This document shows positions 1-13,600 of a stretch of 64,000 nt of DNA, one piece after another (the first letter of the stretch is position 1; each line of letters begins with the position of its first letter). A model generated the notes under the pieces. It had not been told where the DNA came from. It did not search any database and worked only from the letters and a program-made list of their open reading frames with translations. The stretch spans positions 1 through 64,000 of the forward strand of contig JAAILG010001067.1 in NCBI GenBank assembly GCA_012026655.1, in the 5' to 3' direction. The stretch is from Hydrolagus affinis. Lineage: Eukaryota. Both the position numbers and the translations under genes were made by a program.

Positions 1-948
1 TCAAACCAAATTATAGCGTGTTGGTATGTTTTTTTTCCTAGGGAGTGAAAGGGGGAGGTGGAGAGTTTGAACGATAATTTTACATGGCTACTGATTTGCT
101 GCCTGGCTTTATCCCGTGTTTTAATATTAAAATGCACTCCATGATCTTAAATATCCCCCCCCCTCCCCCACTATTTTAAATAACGTCTGGAATAGTAAAT
201 CTCGTCTGAAGTTTTAACCTGCTGCACTTTTTCTGCTCTGACATGACCTTATTTAAGTCGCCTTTCTTTTTTTGTACCTGATCGGTTTGGAATCAACTGA
301 AGGTTATTAAAAAAAAGAGGCTTTCCCTTCATAATGCTGTAGTAGGAAGATTACTTAAATTTTTCAGATGGCTTTCTTTAAATGTCCGCACAACCTTTTT
401 GTAGACTTGTTTTGTGCAATTACTTGGGTTTTTATAGCTCATATTGTGAGCCACATTAAATAGGTGTTCAGTTTCATTCTTGTAAAAATAAATAATCAGC
501 TTTTTTAAAAAGCTCAAAAGAAACCCAAAACTTTTATGAACGTGACATCATTTTCAAAAGCTTTTGTGTTGCACTCTGATGCGGCAGCATTCACGTGCTT
601 TTGAGAACCATTTCAGTACAAAAATATCTAACTTGTATTATATAATTGTATTGGTAAATGATTTTTCTTGCTAATGTGAATGGAGATTTGTGGTTTGCCA
701 TGTAGTACTCATTTGTAAACCGTTTACATGCAATATTAAAATAGTATGAGCTTCAAATCTTTGCCCACATGATGAATTCCTCCAAGTAGCTGTCATGTAA
801 TTAAATGCATGTTTTTAAAAATAATTCACTTATCTCTAATACACGACTTTCATTCTTGTAATTGATCTGTTTGACTGAGTATGTTTTGCTACTTTGAACA
901 TTTGATGATCTGTTTTAATTTTTCTATCTCTTGTTTTTCACCGAACAG
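1..948 (+). other. MED13L: 3' part of MED13L intron 1
   Basis: Upstream of the exon-2 acceptor, with a pyrimidine tract at about 910-940. The first coding exon is not in the window. Confidence 0.8.
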
Positions 949-1186
949 GCTGAACTAACTGGCATCAAATGGCGTAGGTATAGTTTCCAGGGTTTAGGGG
1001 GCTGTGGTCCCATCATTTCAGCTCCAGCTCAGGATGATCCCATTCTGCAGACTTTCATTCGATGTCTGCAGGCCAATCTGCTGTGTGTATGGCGACGAGA
1101 TGTGAGACCTGAAGCCAAGGAATTGTGGATTTACTGGTGGGGAGAGGAGCCTAATCTAGTTGATATCATTCACCATGAGTTGCGAG
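949..1186 (+). CDS. MED13L: MED13L coding exon (orthologous to exon 2), Mediator kinase-module subunit 13-like, N-terminal region
   Basis: Pyrimidine tract then ccgaacAG|GCT at 947-949; donor CGAG|GTGAGT at 1186/1187. Translates [94 protein letters not shown] and [14 protein letters not shown] are MED13L-type rather than MED13-type. The 238-nt length agrees with my recollection of human exon 2. Confidence 0.96.
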
Positions 1187-4100
1187 GTGAGTTTATTTTT
1201 TCCTCTCTGCTTACTAAAATGGCTGTCCTTATTGGAATAGTCGTGATGATTTGTTTCTGAGTTTGCAGGAATATGCTGGTAAATGTTAACCTATTTGAGG
1301 TGGATACAATTTGCTATTAGCAGGATTTCTTTGCTAAGATGTTTCAAACATTTTTCAGGGAATATTTCAATGTTACCTTTAGAAATTGTTCTGTGATTTG
1401 CATGTATTTCTTTGCATGTGCCCAGACATCCATCATTTAAATGAAAAAGTACATAATAGGATTGTCAGCCCAATTTCCTAAAATTGGCAGACTTTCAATC
1501 TAACTGCTCTCCTCTTAATGTAGCACTATGTTTCTTGTTGGGATGAATTCAGTTGGCATCTGAAATTTCCATTACTTTGCTTTGAAGATTTGCAGTGTAG
1601 CTGTATTTAAATTTTAAGAATCACAATGTTTTCAGAAACATTTTCCACCCACTTGCTTAAGGTCGTATTAATTCTGTGGATAATTTGGATGCTTTATAGG
1701 TTCAAATAGTAGTGTATTGTTTTAGCTGTGACTGGTGGGTTACAGCTTTTAGTCTGTGGAAAACTCCAGAGAGGCCTACTCTACTGCAAGGTAATTTGAC
1801 CCTGTCAGCAGGGTAGTTGTATACTATTTACTGAGTGGATTCTTTGAATTCCTGGCAATTAGTTGATATTCTTCTTTAAAATCTGCTACTTATAAATTAC
1901 TCATTTCACTTTTGTTTGTCCCAAGTATACTAAACATTTTTTTGAGATATTCCTCTCCAGCTGTAACTGACTGTTTCCTCTATTTGCATCTGTGTAAAAC
2001 AAATGCCTGCAGACAAAGTAAGGAACCTTTAGAGTCCACTATGTGAAGGCTTTTTGAAAACTTGAGTTTATCATCCTGGAAACACATTTCAGCTGTTGGG
2101 GCACCCCCGCAATGCCCCCCCCCCACACACCCAGAGATCAGATCTTTAGTGAGAAACTGATGCAGGTTGGTGTGGTGGATAACAGCTGTGAATTTTTGTT
2201 GTATAGTAATCATATTTGTAGCACTATCTGTTTTCGGTAAACTATTCAGTAAATTTTGTGCTCTAGGGTAGAAAATGTTGGGTTCTAACAATATACAGTA
2301 TATTATGGTTTGTATAACTTTCTTTATGCTACAGTAGCATCATGAAAATACACTATTTTTCACTTACACTCTCGCTACATCTGGTGCTTAACTTTATACT
2401 GAATTGTATGGCCAATTTTGGAATGGTTGGGGAATGATTTGTGATTTACGAACAAAGAACACAATCTCCTGAGTGAAGAATGAAAACGACTTGTTAGGAA
2501 TTTGACTGAGTGTGCCAACAGCTTGCAAAACATAACATTTTGCTATTATATATGAAACTGTTGCATAATTGTGGCCGTTTTTCATTTTGTTTACCTGATC
2601 ATAGGTAGGTGTTGTAATTAAAAGTGAGCCTGGAAGCACTTTATAAAGTATACTTGACAAGAAATGAAGTTGATACTATTTTTTATGTTGAAAAAGCATT
2701 AGCTAATCTTTGCCAGCAACTTCCCATAAATATGAGAGATGAGTACTCCATCCAAATTATTAGAATTTTGGTGGTAAATTTGGATGAGAAGGAAGCCAAG
2801 ATAACTGGGGGGAAAGCGGGAACGCTTCCCATTTCTTTGAAATGGCAACATTTGGGCAGCCCTTTTATGTCAACCTGAATCACAAGGTGACAGCCAGAAT
2901 ATAAAATTAATAACTTAATCAGAGATTCTTGATTCATTGGAATTTGGGGTGGGAAAATAATATATTTTAATCATATATTTTTATGATTAACCAAGGCTTT
3001 GGTTAATCATATTTATAAATATAATTGTACAAAGTTAAATATGGCTGACCCAGCTTCTAAATGAATTGATACTAAGAGTTTAAAATCAATCTTTATCTGT
3101 TCCGCTTTGATTTTACTGTAGCTGTTGAAATAAACTGGATACTTATACAGTGTTTACAGAAATGTACTAGATTGACATGAATGATAATAAATTACTAGCC
3201 TGTATCAAATACTTACCTGCAAATAAGAAACCACTGGTTCTGATAAATACTGCCTTACTGGAAAAAAAAAGTGATGTAAGCATGAAAAACTGACGTGTAA
3301 GCATGATATGGATAAGGAAAATGGCCTTTGTTTAACAACAAACCTAAATTGTGTGGTTTTTAACACTTTAAAAATTTTGCAGAAATAGAATTCTTTACCA
3401 TCTATTGGCTTGTTTGTTTGTCAATTTCTCAAAAATAGAAACTACAATTGCTGATTTACACTTATTTGTTATTGCAGTGTAATGCATTGGAGACTTGTGA
3501 ATTTGTTTGACACTTAAAACTTTCACTTGTGAACTTTCTGAACTTGTGGTTCTCAGGAGGTTTTGATAGCCAGCATATTAAGCTTCAATTTAAAACACTT
3601 TGAACAAAAAAAACTTTTGATAGTACAATGTACTTTCAAAGTGCAGCTTTTTTTTGTTCAAAAGGTTTATACCATTTCCATTCACTGTTGTCTATGTGAA
3701 TCAATCTGAGTTTCCTGAACCTCAGAAAGATATAACTGATTACAAACACAGAAGTTTAAATGTTATTACGTTATAGAGTGAGTGTTTGGCTCGAAATAGA
3801 TGTATCACACTGACTTCCTTACAGTACAGCAATTAGTGACTTTCTGATCAAGTAGAACAACATTCAAACAGAATTTTTAAATACAAATCTATGACGCTTG
3901 CTTGAGACTTTGTAAAGCTTCAATTGCATTTTACAATGATTTTCCAGGCTTTGTTGGTTAACTTGCTTGTGCGTTGATCTGTTTTTCTCAGACAGCGATA
4001 GTAAAGCATCTACTATTTTCCTTGAACTTTGAGACTAGGAGTGAAGTATGCCTACTTTGTAGAGTACATGGCATCCATTATAGTTTAACCACTTACCAGC

Positions 4101-5394
4101 ATTTTTCTTGTGGCAGTATAGAGTTAACTTAGTATGTCTCCCCCTCCCCCACAGTATTTCTTTGTGGTATTTTGCCTGAAGCTTCCAGCTTTTTTTTAGG
4201 TGATTGAAGAGACATTTACAAGATGTGCTGCATTGTATTTATAATTACTAAACCCATGCTAAGCCAGAGTGAGACCTATATGATGCTTTTGTAGCTGTTC
4301 ATTCACGCTGTGGGTGGAGCTTTAAGTGTGCAGACTATGCAAGTATGCTTACTTCAGCTCCATTTGCAGCATAAATAAGGCTGATCATTTCAGTAGTCAC
4401 CTAACTAATGGAACAGTGGCAGGTTTAATACCAAAAATTTTAAGATTTGTAGTTTTTTCACTAGCTATATATGAAATGCCATTATAAGTATTGAATCTTC
4501 AGGTTTGGGCCAGCCAAAAGTGTCTGCTTATTTTTTATTTAAGATTTCAATGGCATTTACTGTCTTAGGTGATTTTTTTTAGAGTGTAAGATAAATATAA
4601 CTTTGAGGTGCGTTTTTGTGAAATTATATAAAATATTTGCTCTTGGTGCTATTTTCTAATTTAAAGAAGAAAAGGGGAACCCCTATTTGTGTTTATTGAT
4701 GTATTTGAATATTTGTAACTATTATGCTGCACTGCTTATGAGCAACAGTTTCCTGCAGGTGGGAACACTTGTTCATTGATCAAGCTGTTGAAGGAAGGAA
4801 AACAAATGGGTGTTGGGTGTATATTTCAATACTTAGTACATTCCTCCCCCCGCCCCCCTCATCCCCGATAAGTAAATTTAACCTTTTGAGTGTTTAATGT
4901 TAAATTGCCTAAATATTTACTTCAGTAACTACATTGTTTTTTTTGTAGGGATCATATTCTTCTTTGAACCCTCTAAATGTTTTTTTAATTGTTGCTTGCA
5001 TTAAGCTTTTAATTTCTTGTTGAATAGTACAGTAATTTTCATTTCTGTTGTATTAATATAAAAGCTGCATATTTTGCCTGCAATAGAGATGCTTGAAAAG
5101 AATTTATTTATGGATAATTATTATTTTGAGTTAACCTTTTGGGTTCTATTTGTACGGCTTTTGGAAAAGATTAAATATAACAAGCTAAATGTGGAGGGTG
5201 GGGGTTCTTTTGGTGTAGTTTTGTGTGAACACTTTTAGTGTAAATTTTTCATTTATACAGCAGTAGCAAAAAATTATGTAAAATATTAATTGCCAAAGAA
5301 ACAAACAAGAAATGAATACTTCTAATTTTTATGACTATGTTTGATGGTATGTTATGTAATTTTATTCAAATTCTTTACCAAGATATACCTGCAT

Positions 5395-5595
5395 TGATTG
5401 TACGCCCTGGAGCTACCTCAATCCCTCTACCTTGAGCTCTCCCTCAATCCCTCAAACTTGTTTTCCCCCCCTTCCCTGTTTTCAGATCATGCTTTAAGAC
5501 CTTCCTCATTGACCATGCCTACAGCCATCACCCCTGGCTTGGAGTTAAGGTCTCTAAAACACAACCCCATGTAAAGACACTATATAAATTGCTGT
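5395..5595 (+). mobile_element. Diverged L2 3' end
   Basis: ctttaagaccttcctcattgaccatgcct (LKT.LFD.A motif, also at about 27585-27615) and a tail aagacactatataaatt. Confidence 0.55.
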
Positions 5596-8500
5596 TTGAA
5601 TCTGACTGTAGGCACAAAGTGACTGAAATATATAGTTTTGGTGAAGTCAGGATTATTCTGTGAGAATGTGAGCTTTTCAAGTAAAATACATGACTGTTTC
5701 TAGATTTCTCAGCAAAGCTGCAGATTTTGTTGGATGAATTGTGGGCTGCGTTTGTTCTTTAAAAATCCAAGATGGTTTGAACTGCAGAGCAAGGACAATT
5801 ATTTTAAAAAAATCTTAATTCATCTCTAGTCACAGTTGGACAAATTATGATTGTAACTTGTTTAGTTTAAACTCAGTTGGATTATTTGGTGTGATACATA
5901 TTAAAAAAATAACATCACTTTGAGTTTTCTGATAGTTTGACTTTATTGGTCCATTATCTATTCTTGCCAGCTAATGTGTACTGTATGCACAATTTACAAT
6001 CTACACTTATCTAATTTTAATCTACATTAGTGCTTTTAAATCAGCAATCATCATTCAGTGTTTGAGAGTGGTGGAATTTTCTTTTGTTGCATGCTGAACA
6101 CATTCCTTAGTTAAACCATGTTGCATTACGAGGATTTAAAGAATAACAGACTGTGGCAGATCATCAGCACCCTGGCCCATTTGGTCGTTGGTGATGGAAT
6201 CTTTTTCTAGATTGATACATCACGGGCCTTCGCAGCAAAAGTTCTGAATTGCAGTAGATCATGGACTAAAATTAGGGAATGAAGTAATCCATCCGTTAGA
6301 TCCAGCATTTCCTTTCTTGACAAACAGGTTTAAATAATTATCTCTCTCACTTTGGCATTTCTTCTACAAATATCTTGGCAGTCTTCCCTTTCTTTATCTC
6401 ATATTTGTGGACTTTGGTGCCTTTGTTACATAGTGTATATGTTTTACAGGCTTTACTGTTTTCTAGTCTTCTTTTCCACCAAGGAAAGCTTCTAAATGTG
6501 GTAATGGTCTTAAATTTTCGTTGATGCATCATCCACTGAGATCATAAAATAAATATACCCATTGATATGGTATTTTCATAAAAATGGTAGAATTTTACAT
6601 GCTTTATTATTGAAACTAAACTGGGATTTTGCTGCAGTTTGTTCTGAACTATTTACCAAGTATAGTTTAGTGGTCTGACACATCTCACTATTATTCAAAC
6701 CCAAAAGTATATTAGGTAATAATAATAATAATCCTTGAATTTGATATATTAGGTATACTGAAAGGATATCTTGAGTGAGTATTACTGACCAGGCCACACA
6801 CTGCTGTATATTTCATTAAGTTTAGCCTATGGATTAGCCAGAGTCAGTCAGAATACCTTGTCCTGTTTAATGGCCTGTGTTTAATGTGTATTTGTCAATG
6901 TTGTATCAAACCATGGGATTTTAAATGTTCTGCTTCACATGTGACATTACTACAAACTGAGTTAGCATATAATTTGGGTTTTACATCAATTCAATTGTGG
7001 GTTTGCGTTCTGGATTTGAGATCCGTTCAACATAAATAAGCAAAGCTCTGTACTGCCAATAAATAGTGAGTTCCAGGTTCTCATGTGGTCTGTTAACCAC
7101 CTTTAATGTGAATAACAAGCGGAGCCAACAGGTTGAAGCTGAGAAAGTGATTGGCATTGGATGCTGGTTGGTGGTACACTGCACGTTTATTAAGTTGGCA
7201 AGCACAGAGCTTTGCTTCACTAGAGTGTTTGTGGTGTGGAACCATCACTCCTCATAACTAGAATCTGTTGATAAAGCAAGTCACCTGTCATTTTTTTTAT
7301 TGCCAGAGCTTTCCATGAACTTGCCCCAGCCTACCTGTCAATACAGTAGTTTCAGGATACCCGCCTCTACTTAAATACTTTCTACACCACATAGAAGTTG
7401 CATTTAGTATAGAGCATTCATGCAGGGAAGACATCTCAAAGCATTCTGATCTTACATAAAGTGTAGTGATTCTGCATTTTGTAGGTGAACACCTCAATAT
7501 TTGATTGTGCCTCTGGTTACATCTTTAAATCTTGGGTTCACCACTTCTTTTGTGAGTGCTTTGAGATTTGCTCTTTCACAAAATTTGTTGTATAAATGCA
7601 AGTCCCTTAGTACATTGAGGTGTCAGCCAAGATTCTAATGTGGGGCTTCATCCCTGTTTTTTGGCTTAGCTGCAAGAATTTTTCCAAGTTTGAGCCAAGC
7701 TGATGCTAATATCAGGCCTTCCAGCAGCCGACTGGAATAATATAGAACTAAACTGCATCCTACAATTTTGGAAGTTATTTGCCCCTGTTTCTTCCCCTAC
7801 TTTGGGCTTGAATGCTGGTACTTTAGTTTGAGAGGCAAATCCCTTCCCAGAATGTGTTATTGTTTGCCCGTTTGGGTTGTTTTTCTATGCCACTTAAAAT
7901 GAGAATCTGCTTGATTAAGTCGGGAAATAAGCTTACTATAAAACTCTTATTTTTGATAAGGATTTAAGGTAACTCAAGCTTAGATAGCCATGCTTAATAA
8001 AATGTTGTGGATTTAGAAATAAGTCTTCACCTTCCATGAGTGCTCCTGATGAAGAATGGATTAGGTCAAAGGACATCCCCTCCCTTCCTCGCTTCTCCTT
8101 CCTTCCCTCATGGCCTAAGCAGGTTTCTCTGTTGGAGTAAGTAAGACTCCTGTAGTGAAGTCCATGGGTTGCCTAAGTATATGTTTCAGTTTGTTCAAGA
8201 GATACCATTGAAAAGATGATTGCTTGAGTTAAGCTTGCTTTTGAATGCTGATTTAAATTTTTAATGTTTGCAAGAAGACCGACCGAACGTCAGCTTTCCG
8301 TTAATAATTTAAAACATTCAGGGAAGACTGCATGCAATTTTTAAAGTCAAGATGATCTTTACAACACCTCTGTTAAATCAGATCAAATTTTTATGCGTAA
8401 ATCTAGAGTTCTGTAATTCAATACAAAACCTACACCCTGATTCAGTCCTGTTGTTATTTGCAGATTTTTCTCTGAAGTTACTTACCACTGCAGTTGGATC

Positions 8501-9671
8501 TAATATTTTACTACTGAAAGTGCTTTTTTCAGCTTGAGGGCCAGTGGAGAAATTAAAACCTGACAAACAGCATTAATAGTGGCACGTCACTTCCCAGGTG
8601 CTGTGAAGATTTTCATTCAGATTGCACAGAAAGTCTGTTTCATTTTGAACTCTTATTGCTTTAGGCTTAAACTTGACTATTTTAAATAAACAAAATGAAA
8701 AACAGGTGGGAACCTTTCTCTTCGGCTTTGCTTTAGATCTTTTTGGATTGGGGGTGGGGGGACGACGCCGACTGGGGTTAGCTGTAATTTTGTCACTGCC
8801 AAGCTTGCTTGTTAAATTCTTTTAAATATAGCTCAAGAAGCAGCAGCTTAAGATTGCTATTGACTATTATTTTATTAACTGCTAGTAAAGTTGATGTGCA
8901 AATTTTCACATGTTTAGAACTGGATAATTGAATCAAGCTGTAACAAATTCGAAGTATGTGTCCTTGTTGAGGAGCTGAACTGTTAAATGTCTCAAATATG
9001 CAGGGAAAATCAATACAATTACAAAATGTCTTTGGAAGTACAGTTACCTACCTCCTAATAAATGTGCCACCAGTTTGCCTAGGAATGTAGTGCTTAAATT
9101 TCTATAGACTGAGTGGATGAATTAGCCTGAGACATTACCCTGCGAGAAGAGTGCTATACAAGTGCAAGTTGTTGTTGAGTTTCAATGGGTTGAAGTAAAA
9201 ATATTATTACTACTGCAGCAATTTAATCTGGCTGGTTAAATGTTAAATCGCTTTTTGCAAGAATTTATCCTTTGTATAATGTGTAAGTTATGACTGACAC
9301 TGAAGTGATCATGCGATAACTAGGTGGGTTGGAAATTCATGCTGGCATTGAAATTATTTTTGATCAGCTATACATTTGGTTTAAATTGAACCTTTGTGTG
9401 TACGCACGTTTTGATAAGCAGTTTTTCACAGTGCTGTGTCAGTAAGTTTCTGGCCAGTGATCGGCTAATGCAGTATAGAATGCTAATGTTCAGAGCATTG
9501 TTCTCCCTGGGGCCTTGGTGTAAGGAAGGAAGCGAGCACACTGTTCAGAAGTCAAGTTCTAAAGGAAAGCTGTAACTCATTTCATTTCGGACAGTGGAAC
9601 ACATTTTTATTGATTTCCAAGATGAGAATTGAAAGAATGTGTTTACCTGGTAAACATTGCAATAGTTCAAA

Positions 9672-9920
9672 CAATAATAAATTGGTCACTTCAATCCACA
9701 AATGTTTGTGGGAAACTACTCTGGTGCAATTGGCTGACGCATTTTGCTCACAAAATATACAGGTATTTACTGTACTGTATTCTGTGAAGCGCTTCGAGAT
9801 GTCTAGAAGAAGTGAAAAGCGCTATATCAAATGCAAGGATTATTGTTGTGGGAAGTGTTTTGTGACGTCTCAAAGACTTGATAGGACGCTATAAATCAAA
9901 TGCACAGATTATTGTTATTA
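9672..9920 (+). mobile_element. SINE family S 3' half followed by a second, diverged tail
   Basis: attggtcacttcaatcc ... gtgaaaagcgctatatcaaatgcaaggattattgttg, then a second tail-like unit at about 9850-9920. Confidence 0.8.
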
Positions 9921-10473
9921 AATGCTCAGAGCCATACTTTTTACACTTTTGTGGCAATTCTGTGCCCAGTTTTATAAGTGATTTCTCCCCCACCCGCGGA
10001 ACAACTCAATAATTGAATGGCCTCAAGTGTTCTTGCTAATGGCTTGTTCAATCAGTAGTCAGTTTTAATTGCAAATAAGCTAATTAAAATAGGTAGCGGT
10101 GTCTGTACATTAGCATTTCTAAATATCGAAGGACAGGTGCCTGTCTTTGTTCACTAACTTCAATTTCTATTCTGCTTGATCTTGCATCTACTGCATTTTA
10201 TTATTACACGCCAATCCTTCTCTGCTGCATCTAATGAGGCTTGTGATGACTTCTTGAGGGCAGCACCCTTTTTCATCCTTGCCTTTTCTGATAGTGTCTG
10301 GCTTCTACTTGCTGGAGGAAAATCCAGTGTTGCCCATTATTAGTTTGGTGCTGTAGTAAACTGCACCATCACACCTTTCTTCTGTTACATTAGATGAAGC
10401 CAACGCCGGAATTTCTGTTTCAGTATAATTACAATGCTAGTATTAGCTTTTTCCGGTGCTGAAAAATACCTGC

Positions 10474-10635
10474 ATCCGGGATTGTTTGTGGGACACTGCT
10501 ATGTGCAATTGTCTGCTAGGTTTTGCCCACAAAATATACCATCAAATCACTTAACAGTATATTCTGTGAAGCACTTTGAGACACCTCTACGTCGTGCTAC
10601 TCAGCTATATTAAATGCACTTGTTATAATAATTAT
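10474..10635 (+). mobile_element. SINE family S 3' half
   Basis: ttgtttgtgggacactgct ... attctgtgaagcactttgaga ... ctatattaaatgca. Confidence 0.8.
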
Positions 10636-13600
10636 TTGAATACTATGAGCAGAAGATGGCGAATAAGCTATCTTCTGCTCACGGGATTCAAACTGAACCA
10701 GAATTGGTAACCCTTTCATGAAGGCCAGCACCCACAGTGAGGCTTGGTAGACTGAGCAGGTGGGAGGCAGCATGGGCCATTGGGAGTTTGTTTTAACAGT
10801 CTGTTTTGGGCTGATCTATACAAATGTAATCTTGCTGTTGTTGATCTGGTCCGAATACCAGATACCCAGAGTCCAGTAAACCAGGAGTTTACTGTATATT
10901 TAAAGCACTAGTTGATTCAGAGAGGACTTTATAGTGTGCTTACTTCTATAGTAATGTGATAGAACAATTTTGAAGTGCTTGAAAGGTATTCACGCTTCTG
11001 TCATCTGATTAACTTTGTTCAGTTTGGTTTGAGAAGCTACTTAAGATCTCAAGAGTGTCATTTCAAGCGAGACAAACTGGTCATGCATGCACAAAGGGTT
11101 GCCTCTGAGAGCAGAGGACCTTTGTCACTGGGGTTGGAATTGTCCTATCACTGGGGTTGGAATTGTCCACTTGCACAAATGAAATTTAGCCTGTATATGT
11201 AACTCAACAAGATAGGGGCTACAATCTATATCTTACAATACTGTTTACAATCCAAATTATTTTTTTAAATTTGGATTCTTTGTTACAGTTGGTAACAATC
11301 CAGCTAAATTTTGTGAAGTTAAAATTTTCCGCAATAAAAAATTCTCAAAGCATATGAAGCCAATTTCAGGGTTCTCCGCTGTGAAATGGAAATGTGGCCA
11401 AGCCTTTTAAATTACCAATGGGCTTTCGAAATCCTTTTAAAGTTGTGGATAACTTGACTGACTGTGCTTCTTGTAGCGAGTTCAACTATTTTTAAGCAGT
11501 ATAAGTATCAAAAGTGGAATGTTGGTAACAGCAGAGCACTGCCACTGTTTCTATAAACATACATGGACTGTTTTGCTACTGGTCATTGTCAGAGTATCCC
11601 ACATTTTAAAATGGAAGTTCAGTGTGTTACAATCCAAAGTTTAGAAACATTTCAACAGACTGTTACTGAATATGCAGTACCTTTCCTTTCCCTCTTCTTG
11701 AATATTTCTTTTGAGGGAGGAGAGGAAAAGTTCTGCTTGTATAATTTGATTAGAAATACATTGTTTATCAATATAGTCGGATGTTAGAAAATCCATTTCC
11801 AATGTTTCTCTTTGTTGGTTGATTGCTGTGCTTTGCTGGTTTCACTCCTACCTGTTGCAGCATTGTTACCACCTTTCAGCAACTTCTGCCCTATAGGGAT
11901 ACATTCCTTGAGTTCTCTGCTCCATATTCCTTTTCCTTGTCTTCTATGCATCTAGTTGGTGACATTTGCAAACATGGAGTGTATTTCTCCATGAATACAG
12001 ATGGCATCTAAATCTGATTGTCTCCACCCTCCGACGCAGGACCTTTTCTGTTTTGATCAGATGTCAAGATTCGAGTGAACCACAACTTTGTCTAACTCAG
12101 TGCCGACAAGACAGGCTACTTTGCTTCAGTACTTCCTCACCTCATTTGCTGATGTATCCAATTCCCTGGTTATTTATTTCATTCCGCATTATGTTTAACG
12201 CTCCATTCTCATTTAACCCTTTCACCTGGGCTCTGACCAAGTCCACTTTCCTCCATCTCTGCAAAATTTCATTGATTATGCTACTTATGTAGCTATTGTA
12301 CCTATTTTGCACTTACAAAACTTGCTGGGGTTATCTCTTCAGATGGATTATTCGGTAAATGTATTCTTAGCCATATTCGCAATAAAATCTCAAATTCAGT
12401 ATCTTTAAAATGTGAAGGTAAAAAAAAAAAAGTTGGGAACAAATTTGCTGGAGGCTGATAGAAATTGCTGTATTAATTGTCTGAAATAACACTGTGGTTA
12501 GCTGATGATTTAAAACCCTCAGCCAATCTTGGAGAACAGGGAAAGGTGCTGTGGGAATCTCAGAATGTGGTCAGAATATAAATCAGTAAATGTAGCATTT
12601 TTGCACTGTGTTTCATTATCCAGTAACCAGGGTCTGATTCTGAATTGAATTTGTTTCTACATATCACACTCCGATAATGAAATGCTCCAGGACTCTATTC
12701 CATGTGAAGGGTGCAAGATAAATGCAAGTTGTTGTTGCATTTACCTGCATAATGTACATTGTATGGTATCTAAAGCGCGGTCTGAAATGTACACTGATGG
12801 TGAAGGACTATTGGATTGTTGGCAGCTTGGTTTCATTCATACTTGATTTAGTTTAAAAGTGAAGGTGATTTAAAACATTAAGTAATCCTATCACTTTTTT
12901 AAAGAAAGATGTCAAATCAGGATAGATCTGGCAATTTCTCAAATAGATACAAAAGCACCAGGAAGTGTGAAGTTGATATATTTAGGCTATATCGAGTAGT
13001 TCAAATGTACTGTATCACAGTAACAGATGCTGCAACAAGTCATAAGTATATAAAGTTTTTTTTACTGTTTTAAGCGGTGGTATTTATCGCCTACTTAGTT
13101 AAAATAGTAGTATCAAAATACCTTTAAGATGAATGCTGACCAATAGAACACTATAGCTGAATGTGAATTTAATTTGGACTTGTGGTATAAAAGTTGAATT
13201 TATTCAGTAGCAGCTGAATTAGTTTATATGAACACTAGTATCCCAATAAACATTCTTAAGTTAGTCAACAAATCTGTTAATGCCATGCTTGTTAATCTTT
13301 GTAGATATCTTGCAGAGCTGGCATAAAAGCATACTTTTATGCGAATGTTGTAAGTGCTTTTAAGAGTAGCTTTATGAGCCACTGGGCTGGAATGTTAAAG
13401 AGCTCAGCTTGGTGGGTATATTCCTTAAATGTTTTGAAACTGTACGAATTATCTTGGAATGTAAAAGCAAATCACTTCTTTGAGTATTGCACAAGTAGAA
13501 TTTCGCACAAAAATTAGTACAATGTTCATGTGTAGAAATGTTAAGTGGAATCTCCAACTTTTTGTTGAATGGTTGCATTTGTACTGATGAATTTCTTTCC

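Noticed and set aside
931-1260. 109-aa ORF as a standalone gene
   Set aside because: It is the MED13L exon plus intronic read-through on both sides; the real boundaries are the splice sites at 949 and 1186.
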